Assembly: GCA_963795855.1 (NCBI GenBank)
Contig: CAWCIZ010000002.1
Coordinates: forward strand, 416,001 to 480,000
Reading direction: 5' to 3'
From: Vulcanimicrobiota bacterium
GTDB taxonomy: Bacteria > Vulcanimicrobiota > Vulcanimicrobiia > Vulcanimicrobiales > Vulcanimicrobiaceae
Length of the DNA stretch: 64,000 bases
Shown piece by piece: positions 41,608 to 52,183 of this stretch. Under the pieces are notes generated by a model. The model had not been told where the DNA came from, did not search any database, and saw only the letters and a list, made by a program, of their open reading frames with translations. A program made the translations under genes and the position numbers. How positions within the stretch are numbered: the first letter of the stretch is position 1; each line of letters begins with the position of its first letter.

Positions 41608-43258
41608 TCGATGCCCTTCTCGTCCGCCGTTTCGATGGCCGCATCGTAGCCCGCATCGGCGTGGCGCACGACGCCCATTCCGCAGTCGGTCGTCAGCACG
41701 CATTCCAACCGCTCGCGCGCGTCGTCGCTGCCGTCGGCGACCACGACCATTCCCGCGTGCAGACTGTATCCGATACCGACGCCGCCGCCGTGATGCACGG
41801 AAACCCAGTGCGCGCCGGCAGCGGTATTGAGGAGCGCGTTGAGAATCGGCCAGTCGGCGATTGCATCGCTGCCGTCCTTCATCGATTCCGTTTCACGGTA
41901 CGGCGACGCGACGCTCCCCGTGTCGAGGTGATCGCGGCCGATGACGATCGGCGCTTTGAGTTCGCCGCTGCGCACCAGGTCGTTGAACCGTACTCCCGCT
42001 TTCGCGCGATCGCCGAAGCCGAGCCAGCAAATGCGGGCAGGTAACCCTTGAAACGCAACGCGCTCGGACGCCAGCGAAATCCACCTGCGCAGATGCTCGT
42101 CCTGCGCAAAGAGTCGAGCAGTTCGCGATCGCAGCGCGCGATGTCGGACGGATCGCCCGAAAGCGCGGCGAAACGAAACGGCCCGCTGCCTCTGCAAAAT
42201 AGGGGGCGAATGAACGCGGGCACGAAGCCCGGAAAGTCGAACGCGCGCCCCACGCCGGCGCGCTGCGCCTGCGCTCGCACGTTGTTTCCGTAATCGAACA
42301 CGACCGCGCCGGCGTCCAGAAAATCCAGCATCGCGGTAACGTGCTTCGCGACGGTTTCCAGGCCGCGGCGCTCGTAGTCGTCGGGATCGTTCTTGCGCAG
42401 ATGCTCGGCTTCGCCCGGCGAAAGTCCCATCGGCACGTAGCCGTTCACCATGTCGTGCGCCGACGTTTGATCCGTAACCGCATCGGGACGAAAGCCGGAA
42501 GCGAAGAGTGCGGGAAATTCGTGTCCCGCATTTCCTTCATAGCCGACGGAAAGCGGCTTACCGCTGCGGCGCGCTTCTTCGACGAGTCGCACCGCCTCGT
42601 CGCGGGATTCCGCGAGCACGTCGAGATATCGCAGATCGCGGCGGCGCTCCAAGCGCGAACGATCGACGTCGATGACGAGCGCGACGCCTTCATTCATCGC
42701 GATCGCGAGCGGTTGCGCGCCGCCCATGCCGCCGATGCCCGCGGTCAAACAGACGCGGCCTTTGAGCGTGCCGCCGAAATGCTGCCGCGCGAGCTCCGCG
42801 AAGGTCTCGTACGTCCCTTGCACGATGCCTTGCGTGCCGATGTAGATCCAAGAGCCGGCAGTCATCTGCCCGTACATCGTCAGGCCCTGCGCCTCGAGTT
42901 CGCGAAAAACTTTCCAGTCCGCCCACTTGGGCACCAGATTCGAATTGGCGATCAGCACCCGCGGAGCGCGCTCGTGCGTCTTCCACACTGCCACCGGTTT
43001 GCCGCTCTGGACGATCAGCGTCTCGTCGTTCTTCAAACGCTTGAGCGTACGAACGATCGCATCGAACGCTTCCCACGAACGCGCCGCGCGTCCGTTACCT
43101 CCGTACACGACCAAGTCTTGCGGACGCTCCGCGACGTCGGGGTCGAGGTTGTTCATCAGCATGCGCAGCGCCGCTTCCTGCGGCCACCCCTCGCACGAAC
43201 GCGTCGAGCCGCGCGGCGCGCGAATGGTACGAGGAGCGCTCAGCGTCGTGGCCATCAC
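41595..43258 (-). CDS. hutU: urocanate hydratase (frameshift near 42110)
   Basis: [63 protein letters not shown]. Confidence 0.96.
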
Positions 43259-43267
43259 ATTTCCTTT

Positions 43268-44815
43268 CTACACCAGTTCCATGCCGATCGCGTTTTGCGC
43301 GGCCTGCACGAGCGCTCCGCTGTGAATCAGTTCGCGCGCGGCGACGATGTCCGGCGCCGGCACGCGATCGTCGGTCAACGGTTCGATCCGCTCGCGCGCG
43401 GCGTCGTACGCGGCTTGCGTGCCCGCACCCGATTTGAGCGGGCGCCGAAAATCGGTCGCGACGAGTGCGCCGAGCAGTTCGCACGCAAGCGAACCTTCAA
43501 CGTTTTGCAGGACGCGATCCAAGTTCACCGCAGCGGTCATGCCCATGCTGACGTGATCTTCTTGCCCAGCGGAAGTTGGAATCGAATCGACGCTGTTGGG
43601 CCACGCGAGCCCTTTGTTCTCGGAAACCAGGGCCGCCGAGGAATACTGCACGATCATCAAACCCGATTGCAAACCCGAACGTCCGGTCAGAAACAGGGGC
43701 AACCCGCGCTCTTCGGCGTTCAGCAGAAGATACAAGCGGCGTTCGCTGATGCCCGCGAGTTCCGCGAGCGACATCTTGAGCAAGTCGCAGGCGAGCGCGA
43801 TCGGCTGTCCATGAAAATTTCCGCCGGTCAGAAATTCTCCGTCGTCCGGAAAGACGAGCGGATTATCGGTCACGGAGATGGCTTCGGTTTCGATCACGCC
43901 GCGGGCATGCCGCGCTGCGTCTCGCACGGCGCCGTGCACGACCGGAATGCAGCGATAGGAGTACGGATCTTGCACGCGGCCGCACTCGCGGTGCGACTCC
44001 ATGATTTGCGAGCCGCGCAGCAATGCGCGTAGATTGTCGGCGACGCGGGCTTGTCCGGGATGCGGCCGCAGCGCGTTGAGCCGTCGATCGAAAACGCGAT
44101 CCGTGCCCAGGAACGCTTCCAGCGACATCGCTCCGATGATGTCCGCGGCAGCGAGCAATCGTTCCGCGCGCAATTGGCAGAGGGCGGCTATACCGGTCAT
44201 GACTTCGGTGCCGTTGACGAGCGCGAGCCCCTCTTTCGCGCCGAGTTCGATCGGCTCGAGACCGGCGAGTTGCAACGCGCGCGCACTCGGCATGCGCTCG
44301 CCGCGATAAAACGCCTCTCCTTCGCCGATGAGCGTGAGCGTCATGTGCGCAAGCGGCGCGAGATCGCCGCTTGCACCGACCGAACCTTGCCGGGGCACGA
44401 CCGGCGTTACGCCGCGATTGAGCAGCCCGACCAGCAGATCCAGCGTCGATTCCCGTACGCCGGAATGTCCCGCGGAAAGGGAACTGACGCGTAAAACGCC
44501 GGCGGCCCGAACGAACTCACGAGCCAGCGGCTCGCCGGTGCCGGCGGCATGGCTGCGCACCAAATTCAGCTGCAGTTGCGCGGCGTCTTTCGGCTCGACG
44601 GTAACGTTCGCAAGACGTCCGAAGCCCGTCGTCACGCCGTAAATCGCATCGCCGTTGCCGAACTTCTCGTCGACGAGCCGGCGCGCGGCGGCGACCCGCT
44701 CGCGTGCGCTCTCCGTGACGCGCACCGGCGCCTCGTTTTGCGCGACGTCGCGAATGACTTCGAGCGTGAGGTGCTTGCCGTCGAGGTCTACCGTGGGAAG
44801 GGCGGTCGTGGTCAT
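43268..44815 (-). CDS. hutH: histidine ammonia-lyase
   Basis: YGVTTGFG, GSVGASGDLAPL (MIO triad ASG), QDPYS.RC, GGNFHG, QEDHVSM. Confidence 0.97.
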   Translation of the reverse strand: MTTTALPTVDLDGKHLTLEVIRDVAQNEAPVRVTESARERVAAARRLVDEKFGNGDAIYGVTTGFGRLANVTVEPKDAAQLQLNLVRSHAAGTGEPLAREFVRAAGVLRVSSLSAGHSGVRESTLDLLVGLLNRGVTPVVPRQGSVGASGDLAPLAHMTLTLIGEGEAFYRGERMPSARALQLAGLEPIELGAKEGLALVNGTEVMTGIAALCQLRAERLLAAADIIGAMSLEAFLGTDRVFDRRLNALRPHPGQARVADNLRALLRGSQIMESHRECGRVQDPYSYRCIPVVHGAVRDAARHARGVIETEAISVTDNPLVFPDDGEFLTGGNFHGQPIALACDLLKMSLAELAGISERRLYLLLNAEERGLPLFLTGRSGLQSGLMIVQYSSAALVSENKGLAWPNSVDSIPTSAGQEDHVSMGMTAAVNLDRVLQNVEGSLACELLGALVATDFRRPLKSGAGTQAAYDAARERIEPLTDDRVPAPDIVAARELIHSGALVQAAQNAIGMELV

Positions 44816-44867
44816 ATGACGGGACTACTTCCGGCCGGGTGACTCGCCGCCTTCCCGCGTCACGAGG

Positions 44868-45386
44868 CTAGAGTTTCGACCAATCCGCGCGGTGCGGCGT
44901 CCCATAAGGCGGACCGTTTTGAATCACGATTTCCTCGTGGTCGCGCAACGGAATCGAACGCGGATCGGCGTTCCACGCGCGACCATTCACGCTCACGCGC
45001 AGCGAACGCCCGCGCGGCGCGCGGACCGGTCCGGCCACGCTGCGCCCTAAATCGCCGCCCCAGATGTCGAAGAACTCTCCGAGCGTGAACGTGCGCACGG
45101 TCGGCGCTTCGATATGGATGATGCCGTCCGCCGCGTGCGTGTGCACCCAATACAGACAACCGGCAATCGGCATGATGCCGATCTGAGCCGGCACCTCGAC
45201 CCTGCGGCCGCGATTGAAAATCTGCAGATGCGTATGGATGTGTTCCGCCGCATACTCCTGTGCATCGCAGTGTATGCCGTCGATCGGCAAGCCGGACATG
45301 AGGCTTTGCGCGGACGCGCGGCCGTGCCCGAGCGCGCCGCAAATCAACGCTGCTGCGGAAAAGAGAACGGCGATTCGAAGCTTCAC
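44868..45386 (-). CDS. conserved secreted His-rich hypothetical protein
   Basis: Signal peptide; HIHTHL, CLYWVHTH..DGIIHIE, TLGEFF.IW; GTG preceded by GGAAAGG. Confidence 0.8.
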   Translation of the reverse strand: MKLRIAVLFSAAALICGALGHGRASAQSLMSGLPIDGIHCDAQEYAAEHIHTHLQIFNRGRRVEVPAQIGIMPIAGCLYWVHTHAADGIIHIEAPTVRTFTLGEFFDIWGGDLGRSVAGPVRAPRGRSLRVSVNGRAWNADPRSIPLRDHEEIVIQNGPPYGTPHRADWSKL

Positions 45387-45399
45387 AAAAGCCCTTTCC

Positions 45400-45470
45400 G
45401 GTGGAAAGCGTGGATATGGAGAGGATGCACTGTGCATAAACGCAACTTTTTGTGGAAACGTTGTGAGTAG
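45400..45470. promoter_or_regulatory. cluster of DnaA-box-like nonamers
   Basis: TGTGCATAA (45431) fits TGTGNAWAA; TGTGGAAAC (45451) has 1 mismatch; 45400, 45409 and 45462 have 2; all co-oriented. Confidence 0.45.
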
Positions 45471-45483
45471 AGCGTTCGCCGTC

Positions 45484-45512
45484 TTGCTACGCCTTTTTCG
45501 TAGTGATACCAT
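45484..45512 (+). promoter_or_regulatory. sigma70-type promoter
   Basis: TTGCTA-17 bp-TACCAT with a TG extended -10. Confidence 0.65.
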
Positions 45513-45518
45513 GCAAAC

Positions 45519-45710
45519 ACTTCGATAAAACGAAGCGCGACGAACGTAGGTCGCGACCGGCCATGTTGACGATGCAGTCGCTCGTCGGCGATCCGAGTGG
45601 ACGGTCAAAGTTTCGCGGTCTCGTCAGTAGGACTTCTTTACGGGAGTCAAACAGGCGGAACAAGCCAAAACAAATACGTCGGGGCCTCGGAGCAATCCGA
45701 GGCCTTTGTC
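45519..45710 (+). ncRNA. candidate ~190-nt structured small RNA, family unknown
   Basis: Lies between promoter and terminator; consecutive hairpins; no convincing ORF or RBS. Confidence 0.55.
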
Positions 45711-45713
45711 ATT
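45683..45713 (+). terminator. intrinsic terminator
   Basis: GGCCTCGGA-GCAA-TCCGAGGCC followed by TTTGTCATT. Confidence 0.7.
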
Positions 45714-45732
45714 GTGCCGTTACGTGCGAAAT

Positions 45733-45766
45733 AAAAAAGCCGCACTGGGGAGAAGCGCGGCTTTTT
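45733..45766. terminator. bidirectional terminator downstream of the WYL gene
   Basis: AAAAAAGCCGC...GCGGCTTTTT. Confidence 0.75.
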
Positions 45767-45779
45767 CAGGGCGGACGGA

Positions 45780-46775
45780 TTACTTGGAAACGGGCAGTTC
45801 GTATTTCGCGGCGATCTGCGCGATCAGCATGCGAACGCGATCGCGCACCGAAGCGGGAGCGACGATCTCCGCTTGCGCGCCCCAGCCCAGCACCCAGCGC
45901 GCGAGTTCATCGACGTCTGCGACGTGATACGTGATCTCCACCGAACCGTCGGCGCGGCGATCCACCGCGCGATCGGCGACGATGCGCGCGGCCACGGCGG
46001 CCTTCGCGACGCGCGAGGCGAACCGCACGCGCACTTCGGTCGTGTGCTCGTTGTGCAGCACGCCGCTAATCGAACTGGACGCGAAATCGTCGACGCTGAA
46101 ATTCTGCGGTTTGGTGAACGTGCGGCCGAGCACGTCCAGGTCGGCGATGCTGTCGACGGCAAAGACGCGCTTGTCGCGGCGGTCGTGGTCGAATGCGACG
46201 CAGTAGACGCGGCCGCTGCTCACGATGAAGCCGTACGGATCCGCAACCCGTTTGGAACGCTGCCCTTCCTTGTCGGTGTAGGTAAAGCCGACGCTGCGCG
46301 AGCTGCGCTCGGCAGACGAGAGCAGCCCGAAGATCCGTTCGCCCTCCTGGTCCAGCTGCGTTTCGCTGAGCCGGAACGTCACGGGCGAGGTGCCCTCGAC
46401 GCGCTCTTTGACCCCGCTGCCCGCCGCGCCGGTGATCTTCTCGGTCACTTCGTCGACATAGGTCCCGATCGCGCCGCCTAAACTTGCGCTGATCGCGCGA
46501 AGCGCGACGAGCCCGAACAACTCGCTGCTGTTCAGTTCCAACCGCTTCAGACTATAGCCGTCGCTGAACCGGTACGTGTTCGTCGCGCGGTCGAAGTACC
46601 ACGGAAACCCGGCGTCCGCCAGCACGGCTAAATAGCGCCGCAAGCTGCGAGTCGACGGGCGATGCTCGCCTTCGCTGATGCGGTCTTTGAGTTGTTCGAA
46701 AGAGAAGCGGCCCTCGTCGATGGCGTTGAGCAGCCGGACGAGAAGCACGATTTTCGGCTCGTTCGTGCGTTCCAT
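45780..46775 (-). CDS. HTH-WYL-WCX transcriptional regulator (PafBC/YafY-like)
   Basis: STRSLRRYL..L wHTH; F.Y......S.R..DPY, YCVAFD..R...RVFAVD.I; WVLGWG..AEIVAP..R; alternative start at 46781. Confidence 0.92.
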   Translation of the reverse strand: MERTNEPKIVLLVRLLNAIDEGRFSFEQLKDRISEGEHRPSTRSLRRYLAVLADAGFPWYFDRATNTYRFSDGYSLKRLELNSSELFGLVALRAISASLGGAIGTYVDEVTEKITGAAGSGVKERVEGTSPVTFRLSETQLDQEGERIFGLLSSAERSSRSVGFTYTDKEGQRSKRVADPYGFIVSSGRVYCVAFDHDRRDKRVFAVDSIADLDVLGRTFTKPQNFSVDDFASSSISGVLHNEHTTEVRVRFASRVAKAAVAARIVADRAVDRRADGSVEITYHVADVDELARWVLGWGAQAEIVAPASVRDRVRMLIAQIAAKYELPVSK

Positions 46776-46853
46776 TGGCATATTGTGCCAGTTAAGTGGC
46801 GAGACGGCCATCAAAATGACCTCAAAACCGCGCCTTCGCTGCTCAGAGAGCCA

Positions 46854-48509
46854 TCAGCCTGGCGTTTCCGTCGGCTCGGGCGCCGGAAGCGGCTTTGGAA
46901 AACAGCCATTTGGCGCAGTAATGGGCGGCACCGAAGGGTTCGGCGGGGTCGCCGTGACGCCGAGTTCGATGGGATAGCTCGAACCGCCGTCGGTCATCGT
47001 TTCCACGGGCAGCGTCATCTTCGCGTGCGGCCCGACCGTAAGCGGCGGTCCAATTTGATAACGGTCCGAAACGCGCGCGCAGCCGAGCTGCACCAGTTGC
47101 CCGTTTACCAAGAAGCTGCTTCGCACCGAACCGCCCATCGGCCGCTCGTACAAGTACAGCGTCTGCGGCTGATCGAGCGGATTGTCGATTTGGAAGTTCA
47201 CCGTTCGCACGACGCCGTATTCGCCGTAATCGTGGCCCGTCGGAACCGGCTCGCCGGCCGGATCGGCGGCGGGTGGAGTTTGTGCGCCGTATTGAATGCC
47301 GGCGTCGGGGCCCGGAGCCGTAAACGCGACCGCGTCCAGCGCATAGTTGACCAGCGAAAACGCGCCGGTGCGATGATGCCCGTCGTCGGGCAATTGCGGT
47401 TGCGCGAGGTATGCGGCGAGCTGCGCATCCGTCAAGCCGCCCTGCGGCAGCGAAAGAACGGTCACGGTGATCGCTCCGCCGCTTAGCACGCGAATGCCGA
47501 CGCTTCCCGCGGCTCCGTCGAGACGGTTCAGCGCGAATTCGTCCGCGACGTACGGCGCCTGCGCGCCGATGTCGACGACGATACCTTCGTTCAGCGGTTT
47601 CTGCGTGAGAAAGTCACGGGAGACCGCGTGCCCGACGCTCATGACGTCCATGCTCGGCCCCGCCGATGCATCGATCAATTGTACCGTCGACGGCTGCGAA
47701 CCACTCGAACGCAGTACCAGCGCGAGCTGCCGCGGGTCGTCCGTATTTTCGTGATAATAATACAAGCGTGCGGGGACGTTTGGCTCGACCTGCGCGCGGA
47801 ACAGCACGCCCGCAGCGGTAAGCCGTTCCGGATCGTCGTCATAGAAGAGAATCGGCGCAGAAAACGGGTCCGCCGCGACGTTTTGAATCGTCACCGTCGA
47901 TGTCGCGGCAACGTCGAGATACTCGTCGCCGCCGGCGATCGTTACCGGCACCGGAACCGCAGCGCTCGCGCCGGGGCCGAGCGTTTGCGGGAGCGTGAAG
48001 GGTGCGATCTGCGGCGCCGCGACGCCGGGTTGCAGTTGCACGGAGCGCAAGAGCGTTTTTTGGATTTGCAACGTCAGCCATTGCGTATCTACCTGCGTTC
48101 CGGTAACGCGCAGAACGATTGACGGCGGCACCGTTCCGGCATCCTGAGCCACGTGAACCGGAATTTGCACGGTTGCACCGGTCGCGTCGTTCAGCGTAAT
48201 CGTCGCGCGCCCCGTCTGCTGCAATGCGGTAACCGTCAGCGTGCGCGCCTGCTGATCGACCACAAGCGTCACGATCGGCGTATCGACGGTTGCCGTGAAC
48301 GGACCCGTACCACTTTGAATCGCGATCGTTTGCGATTGCGCGGGGTGCAGATTTACGACGGACGCGCTCACCGCGAGCGGCGCAGGTGACGGCGTAGCGG
48401 ACGCCGGCACGGATGCGGAAGGCGAAGGCTGCGGGCTAACGAGATCGGGCGGCGGTGGAGGCGGCGTGGCCTGAATGGCCAGCGCAAGGACGGCGAAGAA
48501 AAACGGCAC
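46854..48509 (-). CDS. secreted Pro-rich hypothetical protein with Ig-like N-terminal part
   Basis: Signal peptide, Pro-rich linker, beta-rich sequence, DDPE and YG.YGV motifs. Confidence 0.75.
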   Translation of the reverse strand: MPFFFAVLALAIQATPPPPPPDLVSPQPSPSASVPASATPSPAPLAVSASVVNLHPAQSQTIAIQSGTGPFTATVDTPIVTLVVDQQARTLTVTALQQTGRATITLNDATGATVQIPVHVAQDAGTVPPSIVLRVTGTQVDTQWLTLQIQKTLLRSVQLQPGVAAPQIAPFTLPQTLGPGASAAVPVPVTIAGGDEYLDVAATSTVTIQNVAADPFSAPILFYDDDPERLTAAGVLFRAQVEPNVPARLYYYHENTDDPRQLALVLRSSGSQPSTVQLIDASAGPSMDVMSVGHAVSRDFLTQKPLNEGIVVDIGAQAPYVADEFALNRLDGAAGSVGIRVLSGGAITVTVLSLPQGGLTDAQLAAYLAQPQLPDDGHHRTGAFSLVNYALDAVAFTAPGPDAGIQYGAQTPPAADPAGEPVPTGHDYGEYGVVRTVNFQIDNPLDQPQTLYLYERPMGGSVRSSFLVNGQLVQLGCARVSDRYQIGPPLTVGPHAKMTLPVETMTDGGSSYPIELGVTATPPNPSVPPITAPNGCFPKPLPAPEPTETPG

Positions 48510-48570
48510 GGCTCACTCCATACGCTCGCAGCCGCTTGCGAGCCTTCGCCCAAGAACATACACTAAAAGC

Positions 48571-48951
48571 ATGATCGCCGATTCCCCGACGAACGACGAA
48601 GCGGGCGAGTTACTGAGCGAACTCGTATCGCTCTACAACGCGGGCGTACGCACGCGAAATTTCAGCGGACTGCTCGCACTGCTGGCTGACGACGCGGTCT
48701 TCACGTTCGAAGGAACCTCCGATCGCGGGCCGCTCGTGGGCAAACCCGCCATCGCTCAGCATTTTCAAGACGATCCGCCCGATGACGCCGTCCGAATCGT
48801 CCGCTGGAAACGGCAGGGCAACGAAATCGCCGCGCAATTCGGCTGGCTCGACATCCCGGAAGGCGGCGGCTGCCTGTACGTCGAGCCGCGAAATGGCCGC
48901 GTTTTGCGGCTGACGATCGCGTTCGGCGGGCCGCGCCGCGCGTTTCGCTAG
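48571..48951 (+). CDS. NTF2/SnoaL-like protein
   Basis: YNAG......LL.LLADDAVF, G..AI..F. Confidence 0.75.
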   Translation: MIADSPTNDEAGELLSELVSLYNAGVRTRNFSGLLALLADDAVFTFEGTSDRGPLVGKPAIAQHFQDDPPDDAVRIVRWKRQGNEIAAQFGWLDIPEGGGCLYVEPRNGRVLRLTIAFGGPRRAFR

Positions 48952-48976
48952 CCGGGCGTCCGGGGACGTATTCCAC

Positions 48977-49231
48977 ATGAGCACATGGCACGTGTGGGGA
49001 GATTACGTCCAGACTCGCCCCGATCATATCGGCAACGCGACGCTCGTCACGGGCGAAGACAAAGCGGCCGAGCAGACCGCGAAATCGCACGGTTTCGATT
49101 TCGATTACCGTCTGCGCAACGGCTTCATGCCGTGGGCTGCAACGTTCCGCTGCGACAAGGACGAGGATCAGGATTTCGCGTTCGCAGCCTATCCGATCGT
49201 TCGCGGCTGGGACCGCGTCGCTTCAGCGTAA
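48977..49231 (+). CDS. hypothetical protein (84 aa)
   Basis: Protein-like composition and codon usage; fills the gap between neighbouring genes. Confidence 0.6.
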   Translation: MSTWHVWGDYVQTRPDHIGNATLVTGEDKAAEQTAKSHGFDFDYRLRNGFMPWAATFRCDKDEDQDFAFAAYPIVRGWDRVASA

Positions 49232-52143
49232 CAGCGCGTCCGCCTCGCGTTCCAAATCCTTTGCCTGCGCCTCGAGCGTTTGCAGGACGGCGTTTTCGGA
49301 CGCAGTCGGTGCGGCATCGGCCGCCGCCGCGCCTTCGGCTAGGTAGTCTGAGTTTACCGTAGACCTGTTGCGGATAGCGCAGCGCGTCTTCACCTTGCGT
49401 CACTTCGGGTTCGTAGATGCGGTGCAGCAACGCGTCGATTTTCCCACTGTTCGCGCCGCCCTTTGCCTTCGCCGCATTCAAGCGATCGATATCCGAACTC
49501 AAAGTTGAAAGATCGCCCCGCACGCGCTGCAGAAACGCGAGTTGCGCGCGCAGCGCCGCCATGCTCGCATGCGACCGCGGATCCATGCGCACCGCAAGCG
49601 AACCCGATGCAGTCTGCGCGCCGTCGCTGACCCGCACGGTATACGTGCCCGGAAGAACGGCCGGGCCGCCGAAACCGCCCGCACCCCACGGTACGTAATT
49701 CTTGACCGGATGCAGCGATTCATAGGCGAGATCCCACCACACGCGGTTGATGCCGGCTTTCGGCTTGTCGACCGTCAGCGTGCGAACGATGTGCGAACCG
49801 TCCAAAATCTGCACGGTAACTTTGGCGGCGGCGGCCGGCGCGTTCTTTAAGTACACGTTGATGTCAGCGCCGTAGTGCGGATTCTCTCCCGAGCCCGGCG
49901 TATCGGTGTACGAACCGATCTGATACCGGTATGCCGGCCGCAACGTAAAAAGATGCAGCGGCTGCGCGGCGATAGCGTCCGTAAGTTCCTGCATCGGATG
50001 CAGATCGTCGAGTATCCAGATCGCGCGCCCGTGCGTGCCCACGACGAGATCGTCGAAGCGCTTCTGCACGGTGAAGTCGTAGACCGGAACCGTCGGCAGA
50101 TTGTTCTGCAGCGCGATCCAGTGCGCGCCTTCGTCGTACGAAAGCCAGAGCCCGGTCTCCGTTCCGGCGTACAGCATTCCGCGGCGAACGGGATCGGCTT
50201 TGACCATGCGCGCGTAACTATCTTGCGGCAACGCTGCGCTCATTGCGGTCCAAGTTCGGCCGTAGTCGTGCGTTTTGTAGAGGTGCGGAACGCGGGAGCC
50301 GGACTTGTGATAATCCGCGACCATGTACGCCGTACGCGCGTCGAACGGCGACGGATCGACGTAGTCGATTCTGCCCCACGCTCCGGGCGCATCGTTTTTC
50401 ATAGCGGCCGGCGTCACGTTGCTCCAATGCGCTCCGCCGTCGCGGGTGAGCCACACGAGCCCGTCGTCGGTGCCCGCCCAGATCTCCCCGCCGCGCAGCG
50501 CAGACTCGGCGATGGTGAAGACGGTGTCGTAGTATTCGACGCTCGTGTTGTCCCGCGTCAAACCGCCGGAGAACTGCTGGAAGCGTTTGTCGTTGCGCGT
50601 CAAATCGCCGCTGATTGCGCGCCAGTGCACGCCGCCGTCGTCGGTGCGGAAGACTTCGTTGCCGCCCATGTACAAGCGGTGCGGATGCTCCGGCGACATC
50701 GCCAGCGGCGACGTCCATTGGAAGCGGTACTTCAGTCTGCGCGGCGGGCCAGCCCATGGCGTCTTCGGGCCACACGTCTATCGTGCGCGCCTGCTGCGTG
50801 CGACGGTCGTATTGCGTAAGCGCACCCTGATAGCCGTCGCCGTAAATCAAATTCGGATCGAGCCGATCGAAGACTATCCAGCCGCTCTCGCCGCCGCCGG
50901 CCGTGAAGAAGTCGTCGGGAGAGATGCCGCCGAACGCCAAACTATTGCTCGGGCCGCACGCACTGCCCGCGTCCTGCGTTTCCGCGCAGACGGTATACGG
51001 CGTCAGATCGTCGGTGTCGACGTGATACGCTTGCGCGATCGCGATCGGCGCGTTCAGCCACGTGTGCGATCCGTCGTTCGACACTTCCGCGCCTTCGTCG
51101 CCGCCCGCGATCATGCGCTGCGAATTCGCCGGGTCTATCCAAAGAGAGTGATAGTCGCCGCCGCGCGTGCCGCGCAGCCTTTTCACGGTCGCGCCGCCGT
51201 CGGTGGATTCCCACATCTGCACCGACATAAAAAACAGGTGATTCTGATCGTGCGGATCGACCGCGGTCGACGTGAAGTAAAACGGCCGCTGGTTGATGCC
51301 GTGGCTGCGATTGACGAGTTTCCACGTCTTGCCCCCGTCGTCGCTGCGCCACAGCGAGCCTTCTTCGGACTCGATGAGCGCGTAGACGCGTGCCGGGTTG
51401 CTGGGCGCGAATGCGACGGCAATTCTACCGGTCGTTCCCGCCGGCAATCCGTTGGCACGCAAGCGCGTCCAGCGATCGCCGCCGTCACTGGATTCGTATA
51501 AACCGTCACTCGGGCCGCCGCTGTTCAAGTGGTACGGCGTGCGCCATCCTTCCCACATTCCGGCAAAGAGGTGCTGCGGATTCGACGGATCGATCGCAAC
51601 GCTCGACGCGCCGGTGCGCGAATCGGTTGAGAGCACGCGCTGCCACGTCTTTCCACCGTCGAGCGTGCGGTATACGCCGCGCACGTCGCCGGCCTTGTAC
51701 ACGTCGCCCAGAACGGCGACGAAAACGCGGTCCGGATTGTGCGGATCGACGGCGATGCGCGAAACGGCGCCGCTCGCGTCGAGCCCGATGTGTTGCCACG
51801 TCTTGCCGGCATCGCTCGATTTCCACATGCCGTCGCCGAACGCGACGTCGTTACGAAGATTCGGTTCTCCGGTACCGACGTACACGACGTTCGCATCCGA
51901 AGGCGCTACGGCAACGGCTCCGATGGAACTGACCGGTTCGCGATTGAAGACCGCATTCCACGTAACGCCTCCGTCGGCGGATTTGAACAGGCCGCCGAGA
52001 CCGCCCGCGTAGTACGTGCGGGCGTCGCCCGTGACGCCGGTCACGGCATCGATCCTGCCGGAGAGCGGACCGATATTGCGAAAATCCAGGCCCGAATACA
52101 GCGAAGGCGAGATCGCCATGAGCAGTGCGGCTATGAACAACAT
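49223..52143 (-). CDS. secreted BNR/Asp-box (VPS10/sortilin-like) glycosyl hydrolase-like protein; frameshifts near 50735 and 49345
   Basis: Many S.DGG.TW repeats, R.IGP..GR, GTHGRAIWILDD; C-terminus ends ...EADALLR* at 49223. Confidence 0.88.
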
Positions 52144-52183
52144 GGCAACGCGCTTTCAACGCTGCGCCGCATGCGGCTCCCGG

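Noticed and set aside
45519..45710. SRP RNA, 6S RNA, tmRNA or tRNA
   Set aside because: No SRP domain IV motif, no long 5'/3' end pairing, no tRNA-like ends or T-loop seen by eye; an Rfam scan is still needed
45400..45780. oriC
   Set aside because: Only one perfect DnaA box, no clear unwinding element, and no dnaA, dnaN or gidA nearby
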